64,000 nt of DNA, from positions 59,397 to 123,396 of the IMG/VR virus record IMGVR_UViG_3300038530_004289, one strand, 5' to 3'. Made by a program: the position numbers and the translations under genes. Below are positions 47,586 to 57,395 of this stretch, in pieces. Every line of letters starts with the position of its first letter. Position 1 is the stretch's first letter. The notes beneath the pieces were generated by a model. That model made no database searches and was not told the DNA's origin. It saw only the letters and a program-made list of their open reading frames with translations. The stretch comes from a virus (taxonomy: Duplodnaviria; Caudoviricetes).

Positions 47586-47967
47586 TTTCAACAAAAAATT
47601 CACTTTCATAGGTTTTGCATACATCTTGCTTTGATGTTTGAATCACAAAACCTTTCTCACATAGGAAATCATAGAGTGCAGAATCAATCTCATCGGATTG
47701 AATCTCACACATTGAAAAGAAGTCAATATCGAACCATTCTCGGTCATGAATTTCCAAAATGTTGAAAACATCAGCAACACACTCGCAGAAATTGGGGTCA
47801 AAATTTACAAAGTCGTAAATCTTGATTCCTGATTCATCAAAAAGTCTCAATTGAGCCATCCCAACCAATGAGCCTTGAATGGTTTCATATTCCATGCCGT
47901 TGAGGGTGGAAACATGAGGTTCAAAAAATTCCTTCAACATCAGAATCAATTCATCATTGTGATTCAT
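47560..47967 (-). CDS. Acidic hypothetical protein
   Basis: ORF in a coupled run. Confidence 0.6.
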   Translation of the reverse strand: MNHNDELILMLKEFFEPHVSTLNGMEYETIQGSLVGMAQLRLFDESGIKIYDFVNFDPNFCECVADVFNILEIHDREWFDIDFFSMCEIQSDEIDSALYDFLCEKGFVIQTSKQDVCKTYESEFFVEINSEDAQH

Positions 47968-48220
47968 CTTGTCTGTCCTCCCAATTTGTTATTTCCCTTC
48001 CTGCCGCTTTGTTGTCAAGATATTTTTCATAATCCTCATCAAGGTCTGCTTCTGAATCATTGTTGTGCAATACAACTTTGTGCGAATCTCGATGCAGATA
48101 TCCCATCATAGCCAACTGACTCAATAGGGCATAGATTCCTTTGTGATTCATCTCACCATCAGTCCGAAGCAATTTCAAATAATCATTCAAAACTTGTTCA
48201 TCAATGTGAAATTCCATCAA
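47954..48220 (-). CDS. Hypothetical protein
   Basis: ORF in a coupled run. Confidence 0.6.
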   Translation of the reverse strand: MMEFHIDEQVLNDYLKLLRTDGEMNHKGIYALLSQLAMMGYLHRDSHKVVLHNNDSEADLDEDYEKYLDNKAAGREITNWEDRQDESQ

Positions 48221-48669
48221 ACATCACCACATTTCAACCAAGCAGTTCTCTGTATGGGGATTGAATAAAACAGTTCTCCCTTAGGAACAAATTTGTTTGG
48301 AACCTCTTTCAATTTTCCATGCTCCATAGCCGTTCTGTCGGAAAATACAATTGCTCCTTGTAAATCTGAACTAAAAATTACGAAATAGGTGGGCTTGCTT
48401 AAGCCGAAATACTTTTCCTTTCGTTTAGGTAAGTGAATGGTATCATAGGGAAATGCTTCCAAACCTTTCTTCCAATTGTGTTTTACTTCGACTTCTATAT
48501 TCATGAGGTGTGTTTCATCTCGCCAACCTTCTCTATCAATGGTGTATCGGTTCTTGGAATCCTTGAAACAATCCACACCAAAATGATGTCGAAGGTGTTC
48601 AACTGCGTTCCTTGCTAATTCGTCATTTTCCTCAAATAGCCTCTTGCTAAATCGCTTTCTTGCTGACAT
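48217..48669 (-). CDS. PD-(D/E)xK-like phage nuclease-fold protein
   Basis: YTID...IEVEVK...FPYDTIHLPKRK; TTAAATAGG 30 nt upstream. Confidence 0.6.
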   Translation of the reverse strand: MSARKRFSKRLFEENDELARNAVEHLRHHFGVDCFKDSKNRYTIDREGWRDETHLMNIEVEVKHNWKKGLEAFPYDTIHLPKRKEKYFGLSKPTYFVIFSSDLQGAIVFSDRTAMEHGKLKEVPNKFVPKGELFYSIPIQRTAWLKCGDV

Positions 48670-48695
48670 TAATTGAACAATTTATTTTGACCTAT

Positions 48696-49490
48696 TTAAG
48701 CACTATGGTATGGGATAGAACAAATTCGCTTCCACAATTTCAAAGATTCTTTACTTTCTTCGTCAATCAAATCAAGCGGGATGTCTTCAATGCAACCATA
48801 TTCTCTCAACCATTTGGCGGCAGTTTTTGGCCCCACTCCCTTGATGCCCGGTATGTTGTCTGATTTATCTCCCGCCAAAGATTTCAAGTCAAGAAACTGT
48901 TTTGGCTCTATTCCATACTCACTTTCAAAATCTTCAACTGTGATGAACTTGGTGAAATTGTGAATTCTCACATTCGGGTGTTCAAGGAGTTGATACAAAT
49001 CACGGTCTTTTGTCATCACTACAATCTCTTCGTTGCGGGGAAATGCAGAACAAAGTTCTGCAATCAAATCATCGGCTTCCATGTAATCATCATACTCATA
49101 CGACCAATAATCATCAAGGGCATGAGGGTCATACCCACATTTGACTATCCTTTCCCTTACATCAATCCCTTTATGCTCATTGGCAGATACCCCACCTCTT
49201 CGATTTTTCTTGTAATCAGGATATGCTGAACCTCTCGGCCTTCTTCCGTAAATCCCATCATAACACACAATAACTCTGCGTGGGAAATTCATTTCACTAA
49301 TTTTCATGTGAAGGTAGGTCATATCGTAGGAAAAAATTCGATTGAGATGGCCGAACAATTCTTCCTTTGTGATATTTCTTTGTTTGCCTTGTTCCCACCA
49401 ATACCTCATGTTTTTCTTTTTGGTATGTCGGTTCCAATGATTCTCAAATCTTCCAACAAAGTAGCCACCATCAATCAAAATCGTAGCCAT
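48696..49490 (-). CDS. 5'-3' exonuclease / flap endonuclease (PolI-N / T4 RNase H type)
   Basis: ILIDG, YPDYKKNR, EADDLI, DRDLYQL, GDKSDNIPGIKGVGPKTA. Confidence 0.92.
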   Translation of the reverse strand: MATILIDGGYFVGRFENHWNRHTKKKNMRYWWEQGKQRNITKEELFGHLNRIFSYDMTYLHMKISEMNFPRRVIVCYDGIYGRRPRGSAYPDYKKNRRGGVSANEHKGIDVRERIVKCGYDPHALDDYWSYEYDDYMEADDLIAELCSAFPRNEEIVVMTKDRDLYQLLEHPNVRIHNFTKFITVEDFESEYGIEPKQFLDLKSLAGDKSDNIPGIKGVGPKTAAKWLREYGCIEDIPLDLIDEESKESLKLWKRICSIPYHSA

Positions 49491-49556
49491 AATCAGGATA
49501 ATTCCATTTTGCCTCTTAAGTCTTGTGGTGAAGATACACCCAATACCCACCATCCA

Positions 49557-49973
49557 CTATCCGTTCTTGGTGTGTTTCCATTTTCTTTTTCGATAACCAT
49601 AATCGTCAAGATTTACATCATCAACCTTCAACATTTTCATCGAACCATCGTAGTCTGAATAGAAAACTCTCTTGATTCCCGCCCCCTTAATGGCAATCAT
49701 ACAGTCCTTACAAGGCTTGGCAAGCCCGTATGTTCCGTCTGCCCTAAACCGATAAACATGAATGTCTGCACCCTTGGGGGTTCTCTTCTGTCGCCTCATG
49801 GATTTCAATGCCTTGATTTCGGCATGATGCGAGTGGTTGTAATCTATTCTTTGATTGAAACCACTTCCAAGAATCTTACCTCCTTGAATTATGATTGCGG
49901 CCAAGTTTTGATTCATATCTGACTTTTGGGCAAGCACCCTTGCCCGCCTCTCAGACCGCTTAGTTCGGTGCAT
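49557..49973 (-). CDS. Zn-dependent cytidine/dCMP deaminase-fold protein
   Basis: HAE and PCKDC motifs; GIKRVFYS. Confidence 0.85.
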   Translation of the reverse strand: MHRTKRSERRARVLAQKSDMNQNLAAIIIQGGKILGSGFNQRIDYNHSHHAEIKALKSMRRQKRTPKGADIHVYRFRADGTYGLAKPCKDCMIAIKGAGIKRVFYSDYDGSMKMLKVDDVNLDDYGYRKRKWKHTKNG

Positions 49974-50101
49974 GGCAACTACTTCCGCTTAATTGCATAT
50001 CCGCACCCACAGTAATAGGTGTGGTCTTGTTCACAAAAAATCATCTTCTGTCTATGCTCTCGCACAGAACAAATAGGACAAAGCATGAGATTCAATCCTA
50101 A

Positions 50102-50449
50102 TCAGGGGGTGTAGTAGTCTTGTGAATCTGTGGAGTTTTCATTTGAATCTCCCTTAGAGGTTGTATTCTCATCCTCATAATCCACCGAAACGATATCAAT
50201 CTTGCCGTTATTTTGTGGAGTTGTATCTGTGATTCTGACCTCGTAGGTTTTGCCATCTCTCTCGATTTTTACGATGGCTACCTTTCCATCATTCATTTTA
50301 TCGAAATCAACCGACTTCAAAATTTCATCAATAAATGACTTAAATGGCCTTGTAGTGTATGGTTTGGAATAGGGGTTGAAAGGGTTATATCGTTCTCTCT
50401 TTCCATTGTCAAAAAACCAATTCCAAATGTTGTAATCATCATCGTTCAT
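50102..50449 (-). CDS. Hypothetical protein
   Basis: TTAAATAGG box at 50483-50491. Confidence 0.6.
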   Translation of the reverse strand: MNDDDYNIWNWFFDNGKRERYNPFNPYSKPYTTRPFKSFIDEILKSVDFDKMNDGKVAIVKIERDGKTYEVRITDTTPQNNGKIDIVSVDYEDENTTSKGDSNENSTDSQDYYTP

Positions 50450-50497
50450 GTTTCCACTTCCAATTTAGGAAGGTAGGACTCACCTATTTAACCTTTT

Positions 50498-50860
50498 TCA
50501 ATAACTGAATGAGCCTTTGGGAGAATTTACTGAAAGCAATCTTACTGCTACATTGTTTCCTTCAGCCTCAATTGCAGGATTTTTAGAATTGGCTACAAGA
50601 GTTCTTGTTTCTCCTGTTTGTAGGTCTTTCACCCTGACTTTCATTTGCGAGTCGTTGTTAATGATGATGTAAAATCCATCTCCTTCTTGAAGAATCACTA
50701 CATTTCCATCTGCATTCCAACTCCCTCCAATGGAAAAGTTTGCATTCAACATACCGAGGGGGTCAGAATCAAGGATTTGTTTCAGGCTTGGCTTTTCTTC
50801 TGCACCAAATCGCAAAACATGATGGTTAAATGGGTGATGCCCAAAAACCAAATTAATCAC
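50498..50860 (-). CDS. Small beta-rich protein with FGAEE motif
   Basis: MINLVFGHH...RFGAEE. Confidence 0.6.
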   Translation of the reverse strand: MINLVFGHHPFNHHVLRFGAEEKPSLKQILDSDPLGMLNANFSIGGSWNADGNVVILQEGDGFYIIINNDSQMKVRVKDLQTGETRTLVANSKNPAIEAEGNNVAVRLLSVNSPKGSFSY

Positions 50861-50979
50861 CCAACTTCGAGAGTTTTCTCTTCAATCCTTTGAATCGCAT
50901 TCTGTAATAGATTGCCAACAAAGAAACGGCTCCAAAAGCATAAAGAGTAAATTGTTCAATTTTAACATCTTCCATTTTT

Positions 50980-51591
50980 TCACCCCATCACAAACTTAAG
51001 TGCAACTATTCCTACGCCTCCAAGCGCAATCAAACCCCAAGGCAATTCTGACAAATCTTCACTCACATTGTCTGCAAGAGTCTTAGATTCACAAGAACCA
51101 TCATCAACTTCAGCATCAGGATTGTAATTCTTCGCTTCTGAATCTGTGCAACCTGCAAGCGGATATTCACAAGAACCATCATCAACTTCAGCATCAGGAT
51201 TGTAATTCTTGGCTTCGGAATCTGTGCATCCCTCTTTATTGTCGGCAGGGGAAAGAGATTCAAATTCCAATCCTTGCCCCGCCCGTATCTTGCTTGCTAC
51301 TGAATGGGTGATGTTTCCAACCTGTGTTTCGAGGGTTGAGTTTTTCACTTGGTCGGCATCTTTTTTGCCTGTGTCGGCATAATCATCCATTCCGTAAGCC
51401 TTGTAGTGATATGTTTGAGTCGCTTCAACCCACTTTGCCTTAACTACTCCCATGACGGGGTTATCTTTCTCAATATCAAAGTCCGTTGCATCAAATAACC
51501 TAAACTCACTTCGATAGGAAACAGATTTTGATGAGGGCATGATTCCCACCCGCTTATCACTCCAACTTTGATTTCCAAACATCGTAATCAA
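50980..51591 (-). CDS. FGN-leader family tail-anchored protein with two GCTD..DDGSC repeats
   Basis: MFGNQSWSDKRVGIMPSSKSVSYRSEFR leader; ends PWGLIALGGVGIVALKF. Confidence 0.8.
   Translation of the reverse strand: MITMFGNQSWSDKRVGIMPSSKSVSYRSEFRLFDATDFDIEKDNPVMGVVKAKWVEATQTYHYKAYGMDDYADTGKKDADQVKNSTLETQVGNITHSVASKIRAGQGLEFESLSPADNKEGCTDSEAKNYNPDAEVDDGSCEYPLAGCTDSEAKNYNPDAEVDDGSCESKTLADNVSEDLSELPWGLIALGGVGIVALKFVMG
51087..51230 (-). repeat. Two tandem GCTDSEAKNYNPDAEVDDGSC coding repeats (two more at about 51742-51889)
   Basis: Near-identical DNA units of about 66 nt in both paralogues. Confidence 0.9.
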
Positions 51592-51633
51592 CTATGGATA
51601 TTTCGCTTCGATACTTAAAAGTATCTGTGAAGT

Positions 51634-52269
51634 TCAAGCCTGTAAGAACTTAAATCCAACCAAAGCAACTACACCAAGACCTACAAGACCCCAAGGGATT
51701 TCTGCCAAGTCCTCACGCACATTGTCTGCAAGAGTCTTATATTCACAAGAACCATCATCAACTTCAGCATCAGGATTGTAATTCTTCGCTTCTGAATCTG
51801 TGCAACCTGCAAGCGGAGGATATTCACAAGAGCCATCGTTTGCATTTGCATCAGGATTGTAATTCTTCGCTTCTGAATCGGTGCAACCTCCAACAAGAGG
51901 CTCAGGAGGATTTCTATTGTTTATTTCTAAAGCACCATTTCTTACGGCCTCAGTTGCATCTTTGTTCCAAAAACTTTCAATTACAAAGGTTTTCGAGTTG
52001 CTTCTTTCTCCACTTTCTGCATCAGAAATAGCCTGTGAGAGGGTGTTTGCGCCTCTGCCTGTCAAGCCTCCTGTTGGGTCTGCATACAAAACATGATACC
52101 TTTCTTGATTAGCGTAAGCACCGCCTGTCGAAATGAAGACATTGATTTTGTTTGGTTCATCAGGAGAATTGAATACTCTGAATTCACTTCGATAAGAAAC
52201 AGATTTTGTCGAGGGTATGATTCCTACTCGCTTATCACTCCAACTATGATTTCCAAACATCGTAATCAA
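51634..52269 (-). CDS. FGN-leader family tail-anchored protein with two GCTD repeats
   Basis: MFGNHSWSDKRVGIIPSTKSVSYRSEFR leader; ends PWGLVGLGVVALVGFKF. Confidence 0.8.
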   Translation of the reverse strand: MITMFGNHSWSDKRVGIIPSTKSVSYRSEFRVFNSPDEPNKINVFISTGGAYANQERYHVLYADPTGGLTGRGANTLSQAISDAESGERSNSKTFVIESFWNKDATEAVRNGALEINNRNPPEPLVGGCTDSEAKNYNPDANANDGSCEYPPLAGCTDSEAKNYNPDAEVDDGSCEYKTLADNVREDLAEIPWGLVGLGVVALVGFKFLQA

Positions 52270-52315
52270 CTATGGATGTTTCGCTTAGATACTTAAAGAT
52301 GCCTCTTTACTTGAA

Positions 52316-52945
52316 TCAATTTCGACCCATCAACATCTTAACTCCAACTAATGCAAAGATTCCTACTACTCCAAGAGTGATGTATTGAGGGTCTATGAGG
52401 GGAGCCTCATTTCCTGCTCCATTTCCATTTCCATTTCCATTTCCATTTCCATTTCCATTTCCATTTCCATTTCCATCTCCATCTCCATCTCCATTTCCAT
52501 TTCCATTTCCATTTCCATTTCCATTTCCATTTCCATTGAGATTTCCATCATCAGAACTATCTCCATTTATGGTTCCATTACCAATTCCTGAGTTCTCTCT
52601 GCCTTCAGTTGTCGGTTCTTGTTGATTGGCTTCAGCCCTCTCATAGGAGGCTCTGCCTCTTCCTGCGGTGCTTCCTGTGGCTCGCAAATCATCCCACGCT
52701 TGATAAATATCCGCAGTTGTTAAACCGCATTGATTCATGCGCTGAAGGTGTAAATCTATGAATTCACTTGCATCAATATCTCCAATAGACCACCACAAAT
52801 TTGAACAAGGCCCACTCCACCCCGAAACATTATACCTTGGCTCATCTTCGTTTCTGAATTCTGTCCTATAAACCACAGATTTCGATTGAGGCATGATTCC
52901 AATTAGTGAATTACTCCAATTTTGGTTGCCAAAGATATGAATCAC
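52316..52945 (-). CDS. FGN-leader family tail-anchored protein with (NG)n stalk
   Basis: IFGNQNWSNSLIGIMPQSKSVVYRTEFR leader; ends YITLGVVGIFALVGVKML. Confidence 0.8.
   Translation of the reverse strand: MIHIFGNQNWSNSLIGIMPQSKSVVYRTEFRNEDEPRYNVSGWSGPCSNLWWSIGDIDASEFIDLHLQRMNQCGLTTADIYQAWDDLRATGSTAGRGRASYERAEANQQEPTTEGRENSGIGNGTINGDSSDDGNLNGNGNGNGNGNGNGNGDGDGDGNGNGNGNGNGNGNGNGNGAGNEAPLIDPQYITLGVVGIFALVGVKMLMGRN
52418..52537 (-). repeat. (AATGGA)n microsatellite, 20 units, encoding NG/DG
   Basis: 17 perfect AATGGA units plus 3 GATGGA units. Confidence 0.95.
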
Positions 52946-53047
52946 CTAACTCATTAATCAGAAATTCTGAGTGTTAAAGGTGTCGTTTCGGAGATTGTGA
53001 TTTCACCCTATTTAAGGATTATGCAAGATACAAGGTTTTTTCATGAA

Positions 53048-53677
53048 TTATTCAGATGTAACTGAACTTTTTTGCGGCTCATCTTTCTTATTGGATTTCA
53101 AAGCGTCAGAAATTTTATCTGCAACGCCCAATCGGTCTGCAACGACAAAGGCTACATATCCTAAAATTCCGACTCCAACCACCTTAGCCCCCTTCGTAAA
53201 TGAATCTTTGAACCATTCAGGTAATGCAAATTCAACCGTTCCTCCACTAATTTGAGTTTTTGCTTCAGGTTCAGGTTCCGCTTCAGGTTCAGTTTGTTCA
53301 ACTTCGCCATTAGCAGTTGAATCATTATCAGTTTGAATCGGCTCAGAAACAGGTTCTTCGATTACAGGGTCTTGTGCAGAATTTCCTGAATCATCAGTAG
53401 GTTCACCAATCGGCTCCCCCAAATCGGGCATTTCAGGAAGTTGGGGTTTCAAATCAGGCAACCCCATAAGTCCATCAACCTTTATTCTCCCTTGTCCCTG
53501 TTCAATGATTTTTAAGCGACCTGTGTTTGCTTTGGCAGGAGGTTCAATTTTAGAGCGATGAACATCCTTTGGAAGTTTGGCATTCGCTAAATCAATACGG
53601 AAATCAGGTTTCTTTGAGCCGTAGGGCATCGTATCATTAGCGTCAAAAAACATTCCAAAAGTTTGATTGCCATACAT
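53048..53677 (-). CDS. Pro/Glu-rich membrane-anchored protein, divergent YGNQ leader
   Basis: MYGNQTF...TMPYGSK; TM VVGVGILGYVAFVVA near the C-terminus. Confidence 0.7.
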   Translation of the reverse strand: MYGNQTFGMFFDANDTMPYGSKKPDFRIDLANAKLPKDVHRSKIEPPAKANTGRLKIIEQGQGRIKVDGLMGLPDLKPQLPEMPDLGEPIGEPTDDSGNSAQDPVIEEPVSEPIQTDNDSTANGEVEQTEPEAEPEPEAKTQISGGTVEFALPEWFKDSFTKGAKVVGVGILGYVAFVVADRLGVADKISDALKSNKKDEPQKSSVTSE

Positions 53678-53686
53678 TTAATTCAC

Positions 53687-54166
53687 CTAACCTAACATTG
53701 AAACTGCTACCACTCCAATCAATCCTAAAATTCCATAAGAAATTATTTTTGAGTCTATTTGAGTTGGTTGTTGAGGACAATTATTGTAATCAACACAATA
53801 AGCATTACCTGTTTCAGGATTGATACCATAAGGATTTACGACTGATAGATAACTTGGGTCATCGCCCCCAATGATTCCCGCACCTTCCGAGCCATCGCCT
53901 CCATTTCCATTTCCACCATCAAGTTCCTGCTCCTTTTGGTCTTGTTGCTCTTGTGTTTGGATGTCAGGGTCATGTGGATTAGCATCAGAGATGTCAGGAG
54001 TTCCATCGCCATCCAAATCAGGTTGTTGGTCTTCAGGAACAAATTCGCAACAATCAGGGTGCATAGAAACGCCATAATCCTCAGGACAAGGGCATGGGCG
54101 AATTGGCCCATGAACCTCATTTGATTCAAAAAGATGCCCATAATTGAAAACATCAACACCAATCAT
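53687..54166 (-). CDS. Tail-anchored Cys-containing protein with DLDGDG motif
   Basis: Ends IISYGILGLIGVVAVSMLG; TTAAGTATC 30 nt upstream (54188-54196). Confidence 0.75.
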   Translation of the reverse strand: MIGVDVFNYGHLFESNEVHGPIRPCPCPEDYGVSMHPDCCEFVPEDQQPDLDGDGTPDISDANPHDPDIQTQEQQDQKEQELDGGNGNGGDGSEGAGIIGGDDPSYLSVVNPYGINPETGNAYCVDYNNCPQQPTQIDSKIISYGILGLIGVVAVSMLG

Positions 54167-54203
54167 GTTTTGAATGATGAATGTTCAGATACTTAAAAGT
54201 GTC

Positions 54204-54854
54204 TCAAAGGTCAAAGAAAACCCATCGAGTCAAGTCAGGGTCAAATGAAGCCTCATCAACAAGTGTCAAAAATTCTTCAAGTTCATCAAAAGAATCAAAC
54301 ATGAAGTTGTAATCCATGATGCCAAACAACCAATTCGGAGCATTTTTCTTGCCACCCTCAATTACTACAAGCGTTGGTTTCCTTTGTTGAAGGCTATTGA
54401 TTAATTCATGAATGGTTCCAAACATTGTGATATTCGGATTCAGATAAACAACCACACAATCTGAAACATCTGTCATTCTCAAATCAACATGAGCAATCTT
54501 CTTCATCTGTTCAGAAAGTTCAAAGAATCTTCCCATTTTTTTGAGTTCAAGCATCTTTGTTTTTTCCGTTCCGACTTCTCCGTAGGCGGCATAGGAAATT
54601 GGCTTGTCGCAAGGGTCAAGCGCAAAAGCACCCTTCTTCTTGATGAATTTTTTCAATTCATTCCTCCAACCAACTCCATCATCTTTTGCATGGTCAATCG
54701 GCCCCGCAAGATAAATTCTCATTCCCTTCAGCCTATTCTTCTTTTTTGTCATCAAAATCTCCCTCTCAATTTCATCCAATGAATCAATAATCTCTGCATC
54801 TTCATCACTTATTCCGTGAATTTCCCTTTTCGTCATAGACTCACCAATCGCCAA
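54204..54854 (-). CDS. Nucleoside 2-deoxyribosyltransferase / NMP N-glycosidase-like protein
   Basis: IYLAGPID...WR...DLRMTDVSD...GTIHE motif set. Confidence 0.75.
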   Translation of the reverse strand: MAIGESMTKREIHGISDEDAEIIDSLDEIEREILMTKKKNRLKGMRIYLAGPIDHAKDDGVGWRNELKKFIKKKGAFALDPCDKPISYAAYGEVGTEKTKMLELKKMGRFFELSEQMKKIAHVDLRMTDVSDCVVVYLNPNITMFGTIHELINSLQQRKPTLVVIEGGKKNAPNWLFGIMDYNFMFDSFDELEEFLTLVDEASFDPDLTRWVFFDL

Positions 54855-54981
54855 TCACACAACCACCCTTAAAAGGCTTTGCCCTCAATCCTCATCCAAA
54901 AGCCACTCAATTTCTTTCAAATAAAGGTCGAAAAGCAGGAAACAAACCCAACAGGGCTGATTCTCGCAAGTGCATACCTTT

Positions 54982-55269
54982 TTATACTTCATGATGAGTC
55001 ATCACCAAATTTCGCCATGCCTTCTTTGCTTCTTCAATATCATAAAAAGCACCTTCAATAACAATACCTTCCCTGTCAGTTATCCACCATTCTGAAACCC
55101 CAAGAACATCGAAAAACTCAATCTTGATGTCATTAAGATATTGAGAGAAAAAATCTTCCCCTGCCACACCTGAGGGCAGAACATACTCACCGAGCGATTT
55201 TGAGTTGTGTGAAATTTCTATCAAGGTGTATCCTCCATCCTCATAAATCTCAAATTCCACTCTAATCAC
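54982..55269 (-). CDS. Hypothetical protein
   Basis: Follows 55271..56764 directly. Confidence 0.55.
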   Translation of the reverse strand: MIRVEFEIYEDGGYTLIEISHNSKSLGEYVLPSGVAGEDFFSQYLNDIKIEFFDVLGVSEWWITDREGIVIEGAFYDIEEAKKAWRNLVMTHHEV

Positions 55270-55270
55270 C

Positions 55271-56764
55271 TCAATTTGCTAATTCGTAATCGCCCGCTTC
55301 AGAGATTTTTCCTCTTGTAATGGTGGTGATTTTCTTCCCTTTGAACTCGCCATGCTTCTTGACTGTTCCCCGAACATTTACGACATCTCCAACTGAAGGC
55401 ATCCTTTTGGATGATGAACTCCACCACACCACTTCTGAGCCGTTGTGTGTGCCACCGAGAACTTCAAAAACCAACATGGTAGTATCCCCATAGTATCCTT
55501 CTCGGACTTGCTTTCTCATGACTTTTGCGGTGAATTCAATCCTATCTCCTATCTCTCCAAAGTGCATCCCTTCATCTTCTGATTCCTCAGGTGGTTGAGG
55601 GAAAAACACGGCTTGAACAAGCCCCTTTTCCTCAGCCCTTCGATAAACTGTGTAAATTGAAGCGGCATAGCCCGCAGTTCTTGGAGATACTACTCCTGCA
55701 TCCACAATCCTCTTCAAATTGTATTCAAAGTCAGACCTTGCATTCAACTGCATGACATAAGAAATCATCATTGTAATCATGTCGTCAATTTTTTCACTTG
55801 AAGGGCTAATTCTTCGGCAATACTTGTCAAGGATTGAAGGTTGAAAAGCACCCATCATAATCTCTCCATCTGACAATCCTAATGATGTAGGGTAGCCAAA
55901 TGGAACAAGCCAAGAATCGCCATCCACTTCTTTGATGTAAGACTCAAAAATAGACCTTCCGATTCCCTTGATGTATGAGTCGGCATAATCAAACAATCGA
56001 ACTGCCTTTTCCATAAAATCATACAAATCTTGCACCTTAGGGCTTTTCTTCAAAAGAGATGGGTCGCCAAACGAGGGTGTCTCAAGGAACTCATAAAAAC
56101 TCATAGTGAACTTAGGGTCTATTGCAGTATATTCAAACAAACAAGTGCTTCCAACTCTTGCATAGGTGTCTTGCTCTTTGTTGTGAACCACAATCAACTC
56201 ATTTCTTCGCCTAACTGTTCCACAATGTTCACAAAATGAATTCAATTCATGTGGTAGGTGTTCAGAAATGGCTCCAATATCACTCAAGTTTGGAATTGTG
56301 TTCACCATGTAGTTTGAAGTCATGTTTGAATAAAAATACGCCTCTGAAGCAGGTTTCAAAACTGCAACTACTTGCCAACCCATACTACTGATATCATCAT
56401 AATTCATCTTCAATTCTGAACCATACCTTCGATATCGAGTAGTTGGTTGTTCGGTGTGGTCAGCAGGAGGGATAATGTAGGCTCTGAAGTTTTTTGCCTC
56501 CATGTTCAAAGCATCATAGACGCTTCGATATAGGGGGTCATCGGGATTTTCGGTCAAAGCGAACTGCCTCAATCGTTCTCGCCTCTCACTCATCTCTTTT
56601 GAACTGATGTCTTCTCTTGAAACTTCAGGCAAATCAAAACTGAATGAAATTCCTCGATTATCCGCAGTCTTCTTAATTCGATTCAACTTGCTTCGAGCAT
56701 TCTGAACTCGGTTTGCAGGTATCCACATTCTTACAAAGTTATCCCCATTAGCCATGCCAATCAA
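55271..56764 (-). CDS. Phage-type protein with Zn-binding motif and C-terminal OB fold
   Basis: CEHC...RVGSTC; C-terminal GEIGDRIE...RGTVKKHGEFKG..T.ITR. Confidence 0.7.
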   Translation of the reverse strand: MIGMANGDNFVRMWIPANRVQNARSKLNRIKKTADNRGISFSFDLPEVSREDISSKEMSERRERLRQFALTENPDDPLYRSVYDALNMEAKNFRAYIIPPADHTEQPTTRYRRYGSELKMNYDDISSMGWQVVAVLKPASEAYFYSNMTSNYMVNTIPNLSDIGAISEHLPHELNSFCEHCGTVRRRNELIVVHNKEQDTYARVGSTCLFEYTAIDPKFTMSFYEFLETPSFGDPSLLKKSPKVQDLYDFMEKAVRLFDYADSYIKGIGRSIFESYIKEVDGDSWLVPFGYPTSLGLSDGEIMMGAFQPSILDKYCRRISPSSEKIDDMITMMISYVMQLNARSDFEYNLKRIVDAGVVSPRTAGYAASIYTVYRRAEEKGLVQAVFFPQPPEESEDEGMHFGEIGDRIEFTAKVMRKQVREGYYGDTTMLVFEVLGGTHNGSEVVWWSSSSKRMPSVGDVVNVRGTVKKHGEFKGKKITTITRGKISEAGDYELAN

Positions 56765-56964
56765 CTCATACGAGGGGAGCCTACTACTTAAGGATGCCTA
56801 TGTTCTGTCCTAAATCCGAACAATTTTCACGCCAACATAGTTTGTCCTCAGAAGAACATCTGCGGCCTTTTGTTTTACTTCATCAAACGACAAATCATAA
56901 ATGTTGAATTTATTCCACTTTCCATTATTATCCAAACCCTCAATTAGAAACCTTTCTGTAAATC

Positions 56965-57303
56965 TCATACAACCCCTCCACCAAGATACTCCCGCAAAGT
57001 TCTGACTCTCTCCTTCGTTTCGAGTGCTTCAACAATCGGCATCGGCAAATCTCCTGAGGTGTTTGGTTCATCAGCCTCAGGCAAGCCCTCAAAATCAGAT
57101 TCTTCACCAAGAGAGGATAATGGGCTTCTAAATGCTCTCCCATATTTCATACGATACTCCAATTTACAATCGGGACAGGTAGGGAGCGTTTGAGCAAATG
57201 AATCACTCAAGTATCGTTCTCCCCAATTTTCAGCAGGGCGACCACAAAGTTTGCCGTCTGCACCTGAAATATGGATTACCTTAGGTTTCAAATTACTCAC
57301 CAT
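56965..57303 (-). CDS. Small Zn-binding hypothetical protein
   Basis: H...LCG...TCPDC. Confidence 0.55.
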   Translation of the reverse strand: MVSNLKPKVIHISGADGKLCGRPAENWGERYLSDSFAQTLPTCPDCKLEYRMKYGRAFRSPLSSLGEESDFEGLPEADEPNTSGDLPMPIVEALETKERVRTLREYLGGGVV

Positions 57304-57395
57304 TCATCTCTCTTTCACAAGCCTTACAATGATATTTTCCTTCAAATTCAGGTCTATGTGCAAGTGGTTTTCTGCATTTGATTGGCTTTTTCAAA

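Noticed and set aside
52385-52625. Plus-strand (IS)n and (FP)n ORFs
   Set aside because: Antisense shadows of the AATGGA microsatellite
50980-52945. Diversity-generating retroelement behind the paralogue array
   Set aside because: No reverse transcriptase; differences are whole-segment replacements rather than adenine-specific substitutions
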